The notes: a model not told the origin generated them from the letters alone. Shown: positions 25,731 to 40,107, numbered from the stretch's first letter. The stretch: 64,000 bases of DNA from Tubiluchus corallicola (GCA_030141605.1 JAQGDQ010000129.1:501549-565548); one strand, 5' to 3'. Translations and numbers: made by a program.

Positions 25731-27990
25731 TGTTCTTTCGTCACGGCTCTTGTACTTTCATATTATCACAGAACAGCATTTACTTTAAGAGAGATGATAA
25801 ATTTTATGGCAAGTTACATTTAAATGTGGACTAAGCCTTGCTAGAATAATCTTATAAAAAGTTCACTCCTGAGCTGGCAATAGAAAAGTATGCTTTTTAA
25901 CAGTTTCATGTCTATGTTTACTTAATTTCAATGGGTTAAAACTGCCAATGTTTCAAAACCCAAGGCTGCATAAAAAAGTGATAGCGCCATCATTTCAGCA
26001 AAACTATCTGCGTTCGTTTTAAATTATTTATGTGATAAAGTTGCTAATCATGAACGAAAGTCGGACTCAGAAGTTGTCAAAAGTGACAAGGCAATGCAAG
26101 GGATGCCATGCACCTATTCAGTATTCATTGAACTCTATTATAGACGACACGATTCCTACTCACTTATTTCAACACTAGACTTGATCCTGCAATCATTATT
26201 AAACAGGCTTGCCAGTTGAAACCATGTTTGTATCGCATGAGGTCTGTATCCTGAATGAGCACTGCTGTTACAGTAATGTACTGTGAAAAGACCGCGTGGA
26301 CACAGCTAAAATTGACTCGATTTTAACCGAACAGCATGATGCAATTATATAAGGTTTAACGTCTAGGACTCTAGGTATACAATTTGGCTCTTTTCGGATA
26401 AAAGATTTTCAAAATTAATAACTTGAGTAGTCAGCTACATTTTGTTTTATATCCTTCTATTTTACTTAGCTTTAGGTTCTGTGCAGTGACAGAATAGTTT
26501 AGAGTTTTAAAGTGTGTAATACAAAGTATTTCGTTAGCTGAAACGCTTTTGCAAATCAATGTTGCAGCAAACGATTTTGTGTTCAAGCTCATGTGATCAA
26601 TAAAACGTCATAAACTATTTATAGTCACACTACAATATTTGATTATATAAGATCAGATCAATAAACTGTCAACTCAAGTTTAGCAACAAAATTTAGCCTG
26701 TATACAATAGTTCTATCAAGCAGTCTGAAAAAAACTCAGACAACTCAGTGCACTGAAATTTCTACACTAGGTCAACAGGAAGATTTAAAAAGACCATTTA
26801 AAACTTTTGAAGCAAAATTTCTATTGTAAATGGTTTGGTTAAAAAAGGCTCTGGAACGCCGTAGAAGCAAATAAATATTTGTTCTTTCCAATGTTGGCAT
26901 GCATTGAAGTCACGCTATTGAAATAAGCACTCACATCCAATACTAAAGCGTAGACAATTAAATAACTGAATTAATTCAAATTTACACTTTCAAAGAAAAA
27001 AATGCTTAATTGAAATCGACTGAACTTATCTATTGACTTATTTTTAGACATTTTGTGAAAGCGTCATAAATTACAAAGTTTGTTATCCTTCTGTTTAGTT
27101 AGGTTACTTTAATGAACATGAGTGTGTTTGTTTCTCTTACTACACAGTTTCTTATTACTGCACTTCTCATATTTAAAAACTAACAATTAAAATACAACTC
27201 TCAATTGTTTCTCTTTTAAATGTACGTATAGGCTCGTACAAGTATAGGGCATAAGCCATCTCTTTTGTATATCTTTGGGTTTGGGGCGAAAGCACTCAAA
27301 CTTGTGGGAGCCTGACTGGGACTTTAAATTACTGCGCCAACATTTACAACATGCTTCATGCCATATTAATTATCAGTCCTCAACTGGGCAAAAATGGGCA
27401 AAAAATATGAAGATAAAAACGCAGCACACGTAACAATAAATTATGATTACCAAACTTTTTTCATCTTCTCTGTGAACAGTTCTGCGCTTAGAAACCATAG
27501 CAACAACAATAACTGTTGCTGGATTATGCGCTACTTTGAATTCTATGTAGTTAGTCGCCAGGGGAACCTGCCATTATAATAATAGATCAATAGTGTGCCT
27601 CCTTTTATGCAGTGTATAATGTATAAATATTAGCATGGTGTCCAAGGTGTGTTATTACCCGTATGTGTAATTAACAAAATGCATCAACACTGCGAAGAAT
27701 TAGCACGAAAGAAAGCTTTAAAATATTATACACGTGTATGATTCTGCCATAACTAAAGAACTAAGCTTTGCTGATTTAACTTGAGCTACAGTGTAACAAT
27801 GGATATATAAATATTATAAAATACCACAATAAAAAAAGAAAAACGCAATGTTTCGGTCCAACAAAAAAGAAAAACACAGTATTCGATCCGACATAGACTA
27901 TATTTAGGTGAAAATAAAAAATGAACGTAAGATCATAAAAACTATTTTTGGGATTTTCTGATCCAAAACAATCAATAATTCGACAAAGAA

Positions 27991-28007
27991 CGCACGCACG
28001 CACGCAC

Positions 28008-28067
<60 letters not shown>
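27991..28067. repeat. (CGCA)n(CA)n microsatellite
   Basis: Direct reading. Confidence 0.9.
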
Positions 28068-28068
<1 letters not shown>

Positions 28069-31000
28069 GATTTTTCTTGTGTCATTTTCACTATTCTGTA
28101 TTTGTGCTGAATTGTGTTTTTATATGAAGATAGTGTGAAACGTTATGTTTTTCATTTCCTTAATATGGAATTTTCTATAACATTATCATTCCAAATTCAT
28201 GTCATTAACATTTATCTATGAATTGTCCCTGCCATGGACGAACGTAGGCCTGTGTCCACTAGTTTTCCCACTGAAACTTAATAAAACGCACCATAGCCAA
28301 CGGACAATAGTAATAAAGCTGAAATTATATCCGACGAAGTCCCGTTACTGCATTATCAATGCCGCAAATTTGCAAAAATTTAATTTGAACGAACGCAGAG
28401 AATCATAAAGTGTGTCGGGAAAAGTGAGGGAATGGGATGTCTAATGACATTAGCGTGATAGTGAAGCACTGCATCTATCGGCTCCGGATCATCACTCCGT
28501 CTACTATACATTTCACGCGCCATTGCGGATAATTCCATATTCACAGCAGGCTATTTTGGTGAGTGAATCTCTAACGTAGTGGGCTGAATTGAAGCCAAAG
28601 AGCGCAGCATGAAAGCCGGTCATATTGTTAAAAGCAGGGCAAGCGAGCAGATAATGCAACTACAAAAAAGGCTAGGTGGAATGTTTGCGCATTTAATAAA
28701 GTATTGCCAGTTGCATGTATCACGATGTGTGTCACGACATTGCACACTATGATGCCAACTAATCTTAGTCAAGTTAATGCCACGATAGTGTTTTATTCTG
28801 TCTTCATGATAAGTACAATACTCAGCGTTCAGAATATTTCGCTGAGCTTGATGTGAGGTGCATGTGAAAAAACTATGTATATGTTCTTTATCAGCGAATT
28901 TTTTTCTATTGGAAACACAGATTAGACAAAATTGTGCCTGTGTAATTAAATAATTATTAGCAGAACGTTATTATTATTACTAATTGATTCTAACTCAGGT
29001 AAAGGCCTCGATAACAAATAAATCACGGATTCGAAATAAGCTGAGCAGGTACTGTAACTCCTAATTATCACTGCTATAATGCTATTGATATACGCCTATT
29101 GTTATAAAGATAATCAGCTGCTATTACTGCAGTTCTTATCAAGTGTTACAACTGTATTAAATTTTACTTAAATAATAAAACGCAATTCTGCAAATAAACT
29201 TGAAAGTTGTCAATGATCATATATTTAGCGTGCAAAACTTATACCTCTTATTTCTGAAGAACAGGAACTGGCCGGGGAGCGGTGCCGGCCATGGATAGAT
29301 AGCCCATTCAACGGTGGGTGTAGTAGGCATATTTAGAATTCGCGAGAGGGTCACGGCTCTCCGTAACGGGCGTTTTCCCGGACCCAACTCCCGATTTTTT
29401 CGAAATTTTGGTCAAACAGTTTGCAGAAAAAACGTTCTAGCGGCGCCTGGTGGGACTCTCGAAAGGAGATATATAGCTCTTTAGAAAGAGCAAGAACAGG
29501 GCTACACGATGATGTGGGCTATATTTTAGGATACGTCCACCAAGAGGAGTACCGACGACTTAATTAGATGTTCTATTTTTGGCAATTTTCGCTTAGAAAA
29601 CTGCTGACGCAAAGCCATTGTTCTGACGTCATCCATTATACTCTGGCTGTAACCTTATAACTTTAATTCAGTAAAAGCTGCTGCTGGCTTTGCGTTGTAA
29701 ATGAGGACTATGTAGGATGTTCGCGTATTTTTGATTATAAGCATATTTATACGCAAAATGTTTTGCGGGGCTTTTGCTCGTTAATAAATAATACCCACGT
29801 GCACAGCACAATGTCCATTAAAATACTCAGTGGCGTAGCTAGAGCTTGTGGCGCCCGGGGCTGTACCTGAGCTTGACGAACCCTTACCCCCACCAACCCA
29901 AAACCACCCTTTCCCCCACCCACCATGAAAATCGTTATGTAGGAAGATTTTAGATTTTAGTCTCCTGTTCAAACAGGAATTCATAATTATTAAGGCGTTT
30001 TTAGTTAATTGTTATTCAGAAAATTGTTTCTTTTACAAAAAACAGAAGCAAGAGAGGTGAGTATGTGCAGAACACCAGAAAACACCTTGCCTCACTATAC
30101 ACGTAGCATTAAGGTAAAAATACATAAAAACTACGAATTGCAGTTTTTATTATCTGGTATGATATGTTGGTCTAGATAATTTCGATATTTGAGATAATCG
30201 AGGTCCTACTGCACTGAAAAAATTTGTTTGTGGAAGAAATAAATTTACCCTACATGTTTCAAAAGTTAGAATGTTTAAAGGCTTCTTCAAGCATTAATGC
30301 AGGAAAGATGATTATAAAAATTTAATGTTATTCACAACATGTTCTGTACAGAAACTTTGAAAGCAGCAACAAACTATATTATATAAATATTACAATGATA
30401 TTAAATTAATAATTACCAACGTCCATTGTCGCAAACCTAAAAGTAACCTTGCGTGGGTTTATTTCCAAATTCAATGAAATTTGCACAGCCGGAAAATGCA
30501 GTTTATATTTCTGCTTGGTAATGAATCTAAACACATGCTTTAATTGAAGAACTTATTAACTTTGGGTTTTCAACTAAATCTTTTTTTATATATTTATGAT
30601 CGTTTTGATTATAGAGTTGCTATTTTTATAGTAAAGCTCTAACCACATGAGCATCTACACATTAAATTGTCAAGATGAAGAAAACATGTTTTCAACAGAA
30701 ATTACCATATGACTTAAAATAAATTTGTCCTAAACAAATAGTGTAACAATTACTCTAAGCCAGCAAATAGGTATAACCGTGTCAAATTGATTTGTCCCCA
30801 TGCAGGATAACAGTCACAGTATTCAATATTCAGTAAAAATGTAATGGGCTCAAATAAAAATATTCTTTCTTGCAAAATAGGTCAAGTGATTATGGCTACC
30901 GTAATGCTTTTTATTTAAAATCAGTGATTTTACCTCACAATCTAACTCAGACCAATAAAAAATAATAATAAAAGATTTACGTACAGCCCACTATGGCCGG

Positions 31001-32140
31001 GTTTCCACTTGGATCGTGTGCCTGATCGTAGAGGTGCATGTTCTCCTGACCGTTCTTTGTGTGAGCCATTTTTACAATGTTTGGTCAAATTTTAAGAAAA
31101 AGTCCCCAGTCTTCAAAAAACTGCAATATTCATAGATGCCTAGTTTATATAAACACAACACTTAATCGTTTCCAAGTCACGGGACCGTTGCTACACAACA
31201 TACAGATCTTGCTCAATCTGTGACGCGCGTACACGTGACTGATTACCACAGGTACAACAATATGTACGCCAAAGCAATGTTTTCTAGGTAGATGCAACTC
31301 TGTTAAAATTTCTTAGCCTCATAAATAAGACACATTTACTTTCACGAACAAACAATAAAATGTGTACATAGCCTGCACAACGTGCTACAGTATATTTAAG
31401 GCAGTTCCTCTTTTCATTACTCGAAGTTTAAACTCAAGGTCTTCAAATGGTTCAATGCTCGAGCAGTGGCGCTCTGCTGAAATACCATTATTGTCGGGGC
31501 CGCATGTTCCAGCGTCTGTTTACCGATATTGCCGGTTGCATGTATGCGTAGTTCGCTGGAAAAGCAATTCGATCGTAGTCAAACATGCCTGGGTCGTATT
31601 AATTTAGATTAGGTAGCTGCATCCGCAGCGTTCACTGCTGCTGTAGGAAAAACTGCCGGTGCTGCCCAAAGAATTATGCAGCAGCTTTGTTTACCACTTC
31701 GTTTCCCACAATTATGTTTTCCGCAGTCTACGAAATACGTCAAATCATGTAGGGCATTAGGCCCACTGAGGGTCATCTACAATAATAGAGCCAGGGCTTT
31801 TTTACGCATACACAAAATTCACTCACAAAAAAAACGTAAGACAACAATACTTTCTTTCTCTGCACTATAGAAGCAGGCCAGAAACTGATCTAAATAAATC
31901 TAAATGACACGCGAACTTAATTATAGGGCGTTTCAAAAGTCCATAGGCAGCCTGACTAACGGCGTTCATCTCATATACATATAGTAAACTTTTATACTCT
32001 CTTACTAAATTATTGTGTGTGTATGTGTGTGTGCGTGTGCGTGTGCATGTGTGTGTTGCAGTAATATTTTGCTGTCATTCATCTACTTTCATTTTAGCCT
32101 TATGCATAAACCATGTTTTTTTATTTTAAATATTCACTTT

Positions 32141-33873
32141 TAGTCCAGCAGAATGGTGCATAAAATGACCCGAATTACTCGTTTTAGTTAAAATAATCAA
32201 ACTTGACACAATGTTAGACTCGTCAAAGTAATTAATTATGGGGCCAATCAGTTCAAGATGGCTGACGATAGCTTTTTTACAACTTTTTAAATATTCGTGT
32301 GCAACACCTCACGCTGCGATCTGATACATATATAGACTCGTGTTTTTATATAGACTCGTATGACAAGAAATATACTTTTTAGACAATAAATAAGGGAAAG
32401 TTACAATCGGTATTAATGTAGAAAACACATTTTCAAATATAAAACAGTTTTCATACTATATGATATGATGATTGATGGCTGTACGTGTTTTTCACAGAGA
32501 TTTTGTAAATCATTTTAATTTACCGAATGTGAACGGAGAAATTTAATGTGAGGAAAATAAAATATATCTTGAGATTAACTGGAAAATGAAAATAAAACTC
32601 TGTGGAAAATTCCGGAACTAAAATTGGAGACCAGATATGTACACAGACTGTATTGTAGGGCGCCGAGTAATCCGCTAGCCGAAGTAGGACAGTTCCGGTA
32701 AAACGCATCTGCTGAATTTGCGGAAAAGCAGTGTTGCACATGGGCAGCAAAAGTAGGGCACTGTCGATTTTTGTCGAGAATCGAGAATTATGATGACATA
32801 ATAAAACATAAAACTAAATTTGTTTTAGAGAAAAAGTAACTTAATAATAATGATGGATAGTCCTTGGCAATTTACGTAATTAATGTATTTTTACAATAAT
32901 ATCATCAGTATTATTAGCTCCATTAAAATCATCATAACATTAAACTAAATATCTAATGCTTTAAAGAGAGAAACTATGCAGAAATAATTGCGAGTTTAAA
33001 AATGAGACAGATGCTGCTAGGCCTTCACAACACGAAAAAATAATTTTTAACATTTAGGAAAAGCAAAGACAATTAGTTTTAACAATATCAGTAGTATTGT
33101 AACATGTAGAACACTGTCGTACATGGCTCGCTAACCCATGCAGGGCACAAGAAAATAATTATTTGTCCAAAAAGTAGTGAAACGGATCACCCGTCTGTAA
33201 AGCGAGACAAAATAAAAAATGATATACCTTAAACAAATGTTGAAATTTCCTAAAAAGTGGATTTATTTCACATCAACAACATTAATATCGAAGCCAAGTT
33301 TAATATTGTCCGTTCTACCAGCACAGAATAAAATTCTTTTATTTTATCAGATGTATAATAAATTATTCAACGTGTATTGATGTTCTTCATTATCATTATT
33401 CCATAAACAAGGGCAACGGACGCGCCAGTACGCTTAACGACTCAATTTGCGACCTGTCTTTAGTGTCCTATTTGGGCAGCCATGTACGACACGGCCTACA
33501 TGGGCTAGCCCATGTACGCCAAATATCCTACTTCGGCAAGTGGGTTACTCGGCGCCCAACATGTATAACATTTCATTTACTATGGGATAAACCGTTATTT
33601 TCAAGGTCTGACACATGCCCATTGTAACTCGGACATATTTATAGTTTTTTCCGTTAAAAATTAACCTTCCAGTTTTGTATGCATCGTATTCTAATCTCAG
33701 CTAGCCAGATGCTCTAATGTGGAGGTAGCTACTTTTCCACAGAAATTTAATTACATGTAGTATTATTTTAAGTATCAATGCAGAAAATACATATATGCGG
33801 TAGTCTCATATAATGTCGACCTCATCGGGGCAATTATAATGCCATTCTACTGATGGCTCCGTAGTTATTATTC
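32141..33873. mobile_element. old non-autonomous DNA element (family also at about 48250-48750), interrupted by a younger MITE
   Basis: Degenerate inverted ends (cagcagaatgg...atgacccga vs tcggggcaattataatgccattctactg); internal blocks gtgtttttcacagagatt and cattgtaactcgga...ttaaaa.ttaa.ctt.cagtt recur at 48495 and 48611. Confidence 0.5.
32654..33561. mobile_element. MITE with TGT...ACA ends and 5-bp TSD (Ginger-like)
   Basis: About 36-bp TIR TGTAGGGCGCCGAGTAATCCGCTAGCCGAAGTAGGA vs TCCTACTTCGGCAAGTGGGTTACTCGGCGCCCAACA; flanking duplication tgtat (32649-32653 / 33562-33566). Confidence 0.75.
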
Positions 33874-34299
33874 CTATAGAACTGTAACAATGACATGTAA
33901 GCCTTTCAATTCACTTCAATTCAATTTTAATTTATTTATCTCTTTATTATACTACAATAAAACATGATTAATAAAAGAATTGCTAATAAGTTTTGAAGAA
34001 TGGTTAAAATGAATAGTAGATCTAGAACTAGAGAAAGGATAGCGAAAAGACTATAAAGTCACCTAGTCTGGTATCCTTTACCGAATATAGGTAAAATGAT
34101 TTTTAGGCTCTGGTGGGCATTAATGTTATCAGTTTAATTTAGGAAACATTAATAATTTTAAAATTGTGACATTTGCTATATAATTAAGTAATCCAGCGTA
34201 AAGAAAATACATGCACTATAATTTAACAGGGTCGTGTCTGATGAACAAGCCGGCAATAAGGAATAAGCAGTTCAAGACAGAATTTGTATATCCGGGGGC

Positions 34300-35860
34300 A
34301 TATAAATAACATTGCTTCTAAAACACTCTGAACACAGCTGTGCTTGGACATATTTACATCTGCAGCGACACAACCATTAACTGGTTGGCTGGCAGCAACA
34401 TTTAATGAGTTGTTGATGTGTTTTTCCAGCCTTTGTCAAATGGTGGTGGCAAAACTGTGTCCGTGATCAATGCCTGATCGTGGCCTGAACAGTACCCAGC
34501 CTTCTATACTGACAAATATTGGAGGAATTATATCTATTGAAATTTTCCTTTCTTTGTTGTAAACAAGTCTTTACATGCTTTTTCAACTGACAAAAATGTG
34601 CTATTGCTTTGTCATACAAGAGTACAGCAAAAAATGTTCCAACACAAGCATGAGATCAATCAGCTACCATGAGCTTTAAGAGCATTGCTTAGAGATATAA
34701 ATGCTTCGTCTGTTATTTCCTCAAACACTCGCCATGTGGACAAAGTCGTCTTTTTTCTATCTCTGTAAATCCTGAAATCAGGTCGCAACAAATAAAGGCA
34801 TAGAAAGCTGACGAACTGATGCTTTTTCAGGTCCTATGGCATTCACAAAATCATGGACAACAATATATCTACCATATTTGCCTGTTCCAAGTCCCACTCG
34901 CAAATCCCTCATGTGAAGGTTCTGTTGTGTTTCTTGCTCTCGGAAGGCTCGTAGAGAAATTTGAAAACACGTTGTCAAATTGAACAGGTTTATTATGTGA
35001 GAATTCTACAACACAAAGTATGAAGGAACGTAAAATGTGGACAGTCATGTGATAGGAAAATAGCATACAATGATCTGAGAATACGAGATTATGAAAATGA
35101 ACCAGAGCAGCCAGCTCCGCCTTATATATCAGTGCAGATGGACAACTAATAACAATCTAGAAACTACTATGCGCATCACGTATAGAAAGTTCTAGAAACT
35201 TCTACAAGGTAAAAAGATTGTTCTACTATACTATAGAATCTCCACAACAGGTTCTCGCATTGGTTACTTAGTAACTACAGTATGTTCCAAGTATAACTTA
35301 GTATACTATAACATATAGTAATATCGATATGAACGTTCTAAAGCATAATGCGTTTATGACATAGATTGCACCTGTCAGGAATGTAGTAGGAACAGAATGT
35401 CAGGCTCTTCGCAACTGCATTTTGTTAAATTAAATAAATAACCTGTTCTCTTGGCCTGTGTTGGAAAGTGTCTGTTTGCAGTTAATGTGCACTACTATAT
35501 GTTTTATCCTCAAATTCTGCTGAAGCTGTTACATTTGTCAGGAAATTAAAAACTCTGCTTTATTTTTATTATCTTTCAAAAATGAAACCCACTTCCCTGG
35601 AATGTGATTAGTACTATGGACACGTCATCCTTGTTTAGCTTGGACAGCGTTTTGAAGTTGTCACTTGTCAGGAATGTATACTGTCCGAAATGATATTTGA
35701 TCTTTCATCCTGGCTCATCTGTGTTTTTGCATATTTAAGAAACACACTGTTTATGTTTTGAAATGTCTTGAAGGCCCCTGGCTTTAAAATATTCACAGTA
35801 ACAGCTCCATCAAACAGTTTGGCATCAATATCTCCCATCTCAGTGGACACACTTGTGTAA
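34300..35860 (-). mobile_element. degenerate AcademX-like transposase (XPG/H3TH-like nuclease + Cys-rich tail) relic
   Basis: Frameshifted peptides in the expected order: DAKLFDGAVTVNILKPGAFKTF, IPGKWVSFLKDNKNKAE, CEEPDILFLLH, GLGTGKYGRYIVVHDFVNAIGPEK, FYAFICCDLISGF, QALITDTVLPPPFDKGW, CRCK...LC. These match the recalled HEEADT / HAFTGCDTVS..F / GRCKC consensus. Confidence 0.7.
34923..35249 (-). mobile_element. solo LTR (327 bp) inserted in the Academ-like relic
   Basis: TGTTGTG...CACAACA termini, exact 5-bp TSD ggttc (34918-34922 / 35250-35254), TATA-like box and AATAAA on the minus strand. Confidence 0.85.
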
Positions 35861-37260
35861 AGCTATACTGTACATGGTACAGTATCAGACTACAATGTGT
35901 AATACAATAAGCAACATGCACAGTCATGATTACAACGACCACTAACAACTCGTACCTTCACAAAGGCTAATAATTATACTACACAAGCAGCAACATCTTG
36001 GCACCAACTTAAATTTATACACGAGATGATGGTATAGGGGATTTCATGCTATTTCACACTTATAGTACATAGATACCCTAGTTGAAGAAGTCAACGATGG
36101 TCAATGGCTTTTCCCAATTATCTGCTATTCACATTTGGAATCAGTAGACGGTAACCATGCATGCAGTTGGTCTGATTAATGTAGGGGGGGGCACTTTTAG
36201 GATCATCCCACTTTGCCTTCAGTAAAGCACATGTTTGCATGATGAACACCATTCTAAATAATTTTTTCTATTTTTTTTACATTAACGGTCACAATTCCAA
36301 GTTTTATGTAACGGCATATGGCAATGAAAGATGGAAGATACAAAAGCTTTGAGAATGCCGAGATTAATGGGATAATAATTTTTGTTACTGAAGATATTTT
36401 TTACATTTTCAGACGGCTGCTAGAACCAAAATTTTATTTTCTACTATATTTTCATGTACCTAAATGCCTAGAAAGCAGATATTTACACTTGTTTCAAACT
36501 TCTTCTTTGAAACACCACAAAGTAAAAAACAACTTAATTTAGGCCTTTGCCAAAGTGAGTTAGTGACGTTAAAGACTAGGTTAGAGCATAAATAATAACA
36601 CTGTGCGCGATTATATCATAATGACGTGTGTTAATTGTCCAAAGATATTACACCATCTTCTTGGTTTCTTTTTGACTGTTGAATTCGTTTGTGGAAACTT
36701 TCATAAGTGGACAGGCATTGTTCGATAATGACAGAGCATGACCCACCCAGTTAAGTCTTCTGCACTTATATAGGTATTATATAAACATTTCTGGTCCATT
36801 TTCTTTCCTTGGCTGTTTCACACAAATCTTTGTTACTCATAACATTTGGTCGTTTTATTTGCAATAATGATCTATATAAACAGCGTTGAAAAACGCCAAT
36901 GTCCAATTGACTATTTACTTTCAAGATCCGCAATTCCGAACTGTATTAAATGGAAGATATGTAAGTGTTGAGATATGTAAGTTTGCAGCTTAGAGTAGTA
37001 TTCTTATTATTGGAGATATTTTTAAAAATACGTGATTACTGATTACGTAGTAACTTCATTATAATTTTTTGTAATTACAGAAAGTCTGATATCTATGAAT
37101 GAAGTTTTCAATCGGTATAAAGATTTCCCGTATTGTTTTCCAGGTTCCATCCATGTCCATGTTGAATGACGGCATTCAAAGCAGAGAAAGTAATGAAATA
37201 GTTTAGAATTAAAGTTTCAGGTAACGATAAAAATCGTAACAATTTACAGTCACGATTATA

Positions 37261-39350
37261 AATGAATTCTTTATTTGTCATTAAGATGGTACACCCATTC
37301 CTATAAAATTGCGTAAGACTTAGCGTAGTGTCAAAATAACAACACTGTTCAAGACAAATGCAAACTTAAAAACTAAAGTGCAAAACTATGCCGTATTGTC
37401 TAATTATATACACATATTTTAAACTAGATCGGTGATGAGGTAGATAAAAGTAGAGCCTGTGTAATTAATGTCAGATGCATAAGTTGGAAGTTAAAATCTG
37501 TAGGCTGTAGTGATGTTCTCATTATTTTTAATTTCTTTTTGAACTATGGGAGAGATTTTGTTTAATTTAGTTAACTGGGTAGTGAAATTCCATAAATGTA
37601 TGCCTTGTTTGATATAGAGTTATTTTCAGGTTTGTTGTCTACTATAATTTGTTTTAAATTGTGTGTTTTGTTGTTTAACTTTGAATTAGCATCAGGAATG
37701 AATGATGAAGGGTATTTAGAAATGGAATGCTCAGTTTATTGACATATTTATAAAGAAATATCAGTGTTTTGTAATCATGGTGAGCTTTTAATATTTGAAT
37801 TTTTGTGTAAATTCTTAAAATTGTTACAGAATCAGAATGTTGTTTAGCAGATTTATGAGAGTATCCTTGTTTTAATCTAAGTACATAATGTTGTATTGTA
37901 TGTGATTTTATAAAGTTTTCTTTTTTATCGTTTTGCAATGGAGTGCAGTCATACAGATACTGTGGTAATATTAGACTTTTGTAGATGACAATTTTTGTTT
38001 TCTTGGTTAAATGGCCTCTGACCTGTCCTACAAATGATGTGCTTAACACCATCTTGTTATATATTTGGTTAAACTCTTCATCCAAAATGCATTTGTTATC
38101 AAAACAAGTGCCTAAAAATTTCACACATCTACTTATTCTATGTAATAGTCAGCTACTTTTAGTGGTGCATTAGGGGATACAATGTCATTTTTGGGGATAT
38201 TACCATAAACACTGTTTTGTCATCATCCATTTTCAAACCGAAATAATTAAATGCTGCATTTGTATTTGTCATGTAATTTCAAGATTATTTTTAGGTATTA
38301 AATTGAAATGTTTCATGTGCTGTGTCGCTAGTTGTGTTAAGTCTGAATTATGTAAAACTTAATGAATTTGGTTAAGCAAGAGAGTAAAGGACCTGATTGA
38401 TGATTTAAGCAATCCCTCTCTGTGGTGCATCCCATGTTGAGAAAGTGTTTTTTCAACTTTACTCTTTGTTTTCCATTGTGTAAGAGTTATTAATTAATTT
38501 GAGAGAAGTATAATCAAATCCTAATTGACATAAGCTATCAAGTAGTAAATTATGATCGGGGCTGTCAAAAGCTTTCCTTGGATCTAAAATGCCACTGTTA
38601 CTCCTTTATTTTTATATAAGTTGCAACACCAATTTTCAGTGACATCAGTTATTCCATGTATTATGGAATGTAGTTTTCTAAAACTGAACTGATGTTTTGA
38701 TAGTAATTTATTATTTTCACTTAATGGTTTACTTGATTATAGATAATTCTTTCAAATGTTCTTCCTAGTACTTGCATTACTGAAATTGGTCCATAATTTT
38801 TAGCATCACCTTTTAGACTCTAGCATTTTTCTTGTGTATTGGAGTTATGTTTGCCTGCTTACATAATACTGGGACTGTGAGGAAAAATGGTGCTAAGATT
38901 TTTTAAGTCTTTTAAGATTTTTATTTGCTTGCCTAAAGGCCCACTTTATTTATATTAGAACTGTGATGTTTTAAAGATATTGTACTCGGTGATGCTAGTA
39001 AATGAAAAAAGTGGTTTGTGTTACTGACTGATTTTTGAGTATATCACATGCTGTATATTTGTATTATGCTGCTGTAAAATTTGTACCATTGAAGTTGGTA
39101 GTTGTGGGTATGTTTTTATGGATAATAGAAAGCAGTTGAAATTTCTTTAAGAACTGTTCAAGTTTGCTGGAAAAGGGTCCACAGTGCATAATAAAATGCA
39201 AAATGAATAATGCTGTCTTTATGCACAATTTTCTCTTCCAAGTTTTCATCTCGTGTGAGTCAGCCCTGCACTGATTATTAATAATTTATGACAATTTCTA
39301 GTCATTAAAGTTAACTTCATTGTATGTTTGCAATTTCCAGAGAGAAAAAT
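37261..39350 (-). mobile_element. degenerate LINE (L2/CR1-group) reverse transcriptase relic
   Basis: Broken RT motifs on the minus strand: NYGPISVMQVLGRTFERII, AFDSPDHNLLL, VKFLGTCFDNK, IYKSLILPQYLY; AATAAA near the 3' end at about 37270. Confidence 0.8.
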
Positions 39351-40107
39351 AATAAGTAATTAATTTATTGTAATGCGGACTTCATTTTAACCCAATGTAG
39401 TTAAATGTTTGCACCTTTAAGTTTTATTGCCCTGTTTGCTATGTCTTTTTGTGTGTTTTTGTAAGCTTTGGAGGGGTAGCAAATTAATCCTGTAAACCCC
39501 TAACTGGGAATCTGTATGTGTTTGCGTTTGTACATTCAATAAATATATATTTTACTAATTGGTAAAATATAGAACTTTTGGTACACTCAAGAATTTGGAA
39601 ACATTGAGCCTTATGACGTTATTGAAACGTATCTACCGCTCACCATTTTATTGTATGTTACTGTGCTATGGAGTTACTCAGTTTTTTATCTACATATTGT
39701 ACTATTATGATGGCCAAATAATGTCTGTGTCCCACTTTTGCCACACAAAGTGAGAACTCTGTAGTCCGTATATTGTTTTCAGACCGGGTAAAAAATGTTA
39801 GATAGCCAAGGAACTGGCTATTTTAAGGGAAAGCAGAAGGCAAGTAGCGAGGCAAGCAAAGTGAATGAGTAAGCCTAACAGCCTAAGACATTCCTCCATA
39901 ACAATACACCACTTATGCTTATAAATTAATTAAACAGTTTAATAAGGTATTTGTAATTCTGAGAAAAATGGGAATATCAGCATTATGGATTTATTGGTTA
40001 ATCGCCTGTATTTAAATGCTGTACTGCCTAATTGATTATTTTTGACCGGCTAATGTACTAGCTGTTTTGATTCTGTATATTTGATTTTTTAAATTTGTTT
40101 TAGATTT

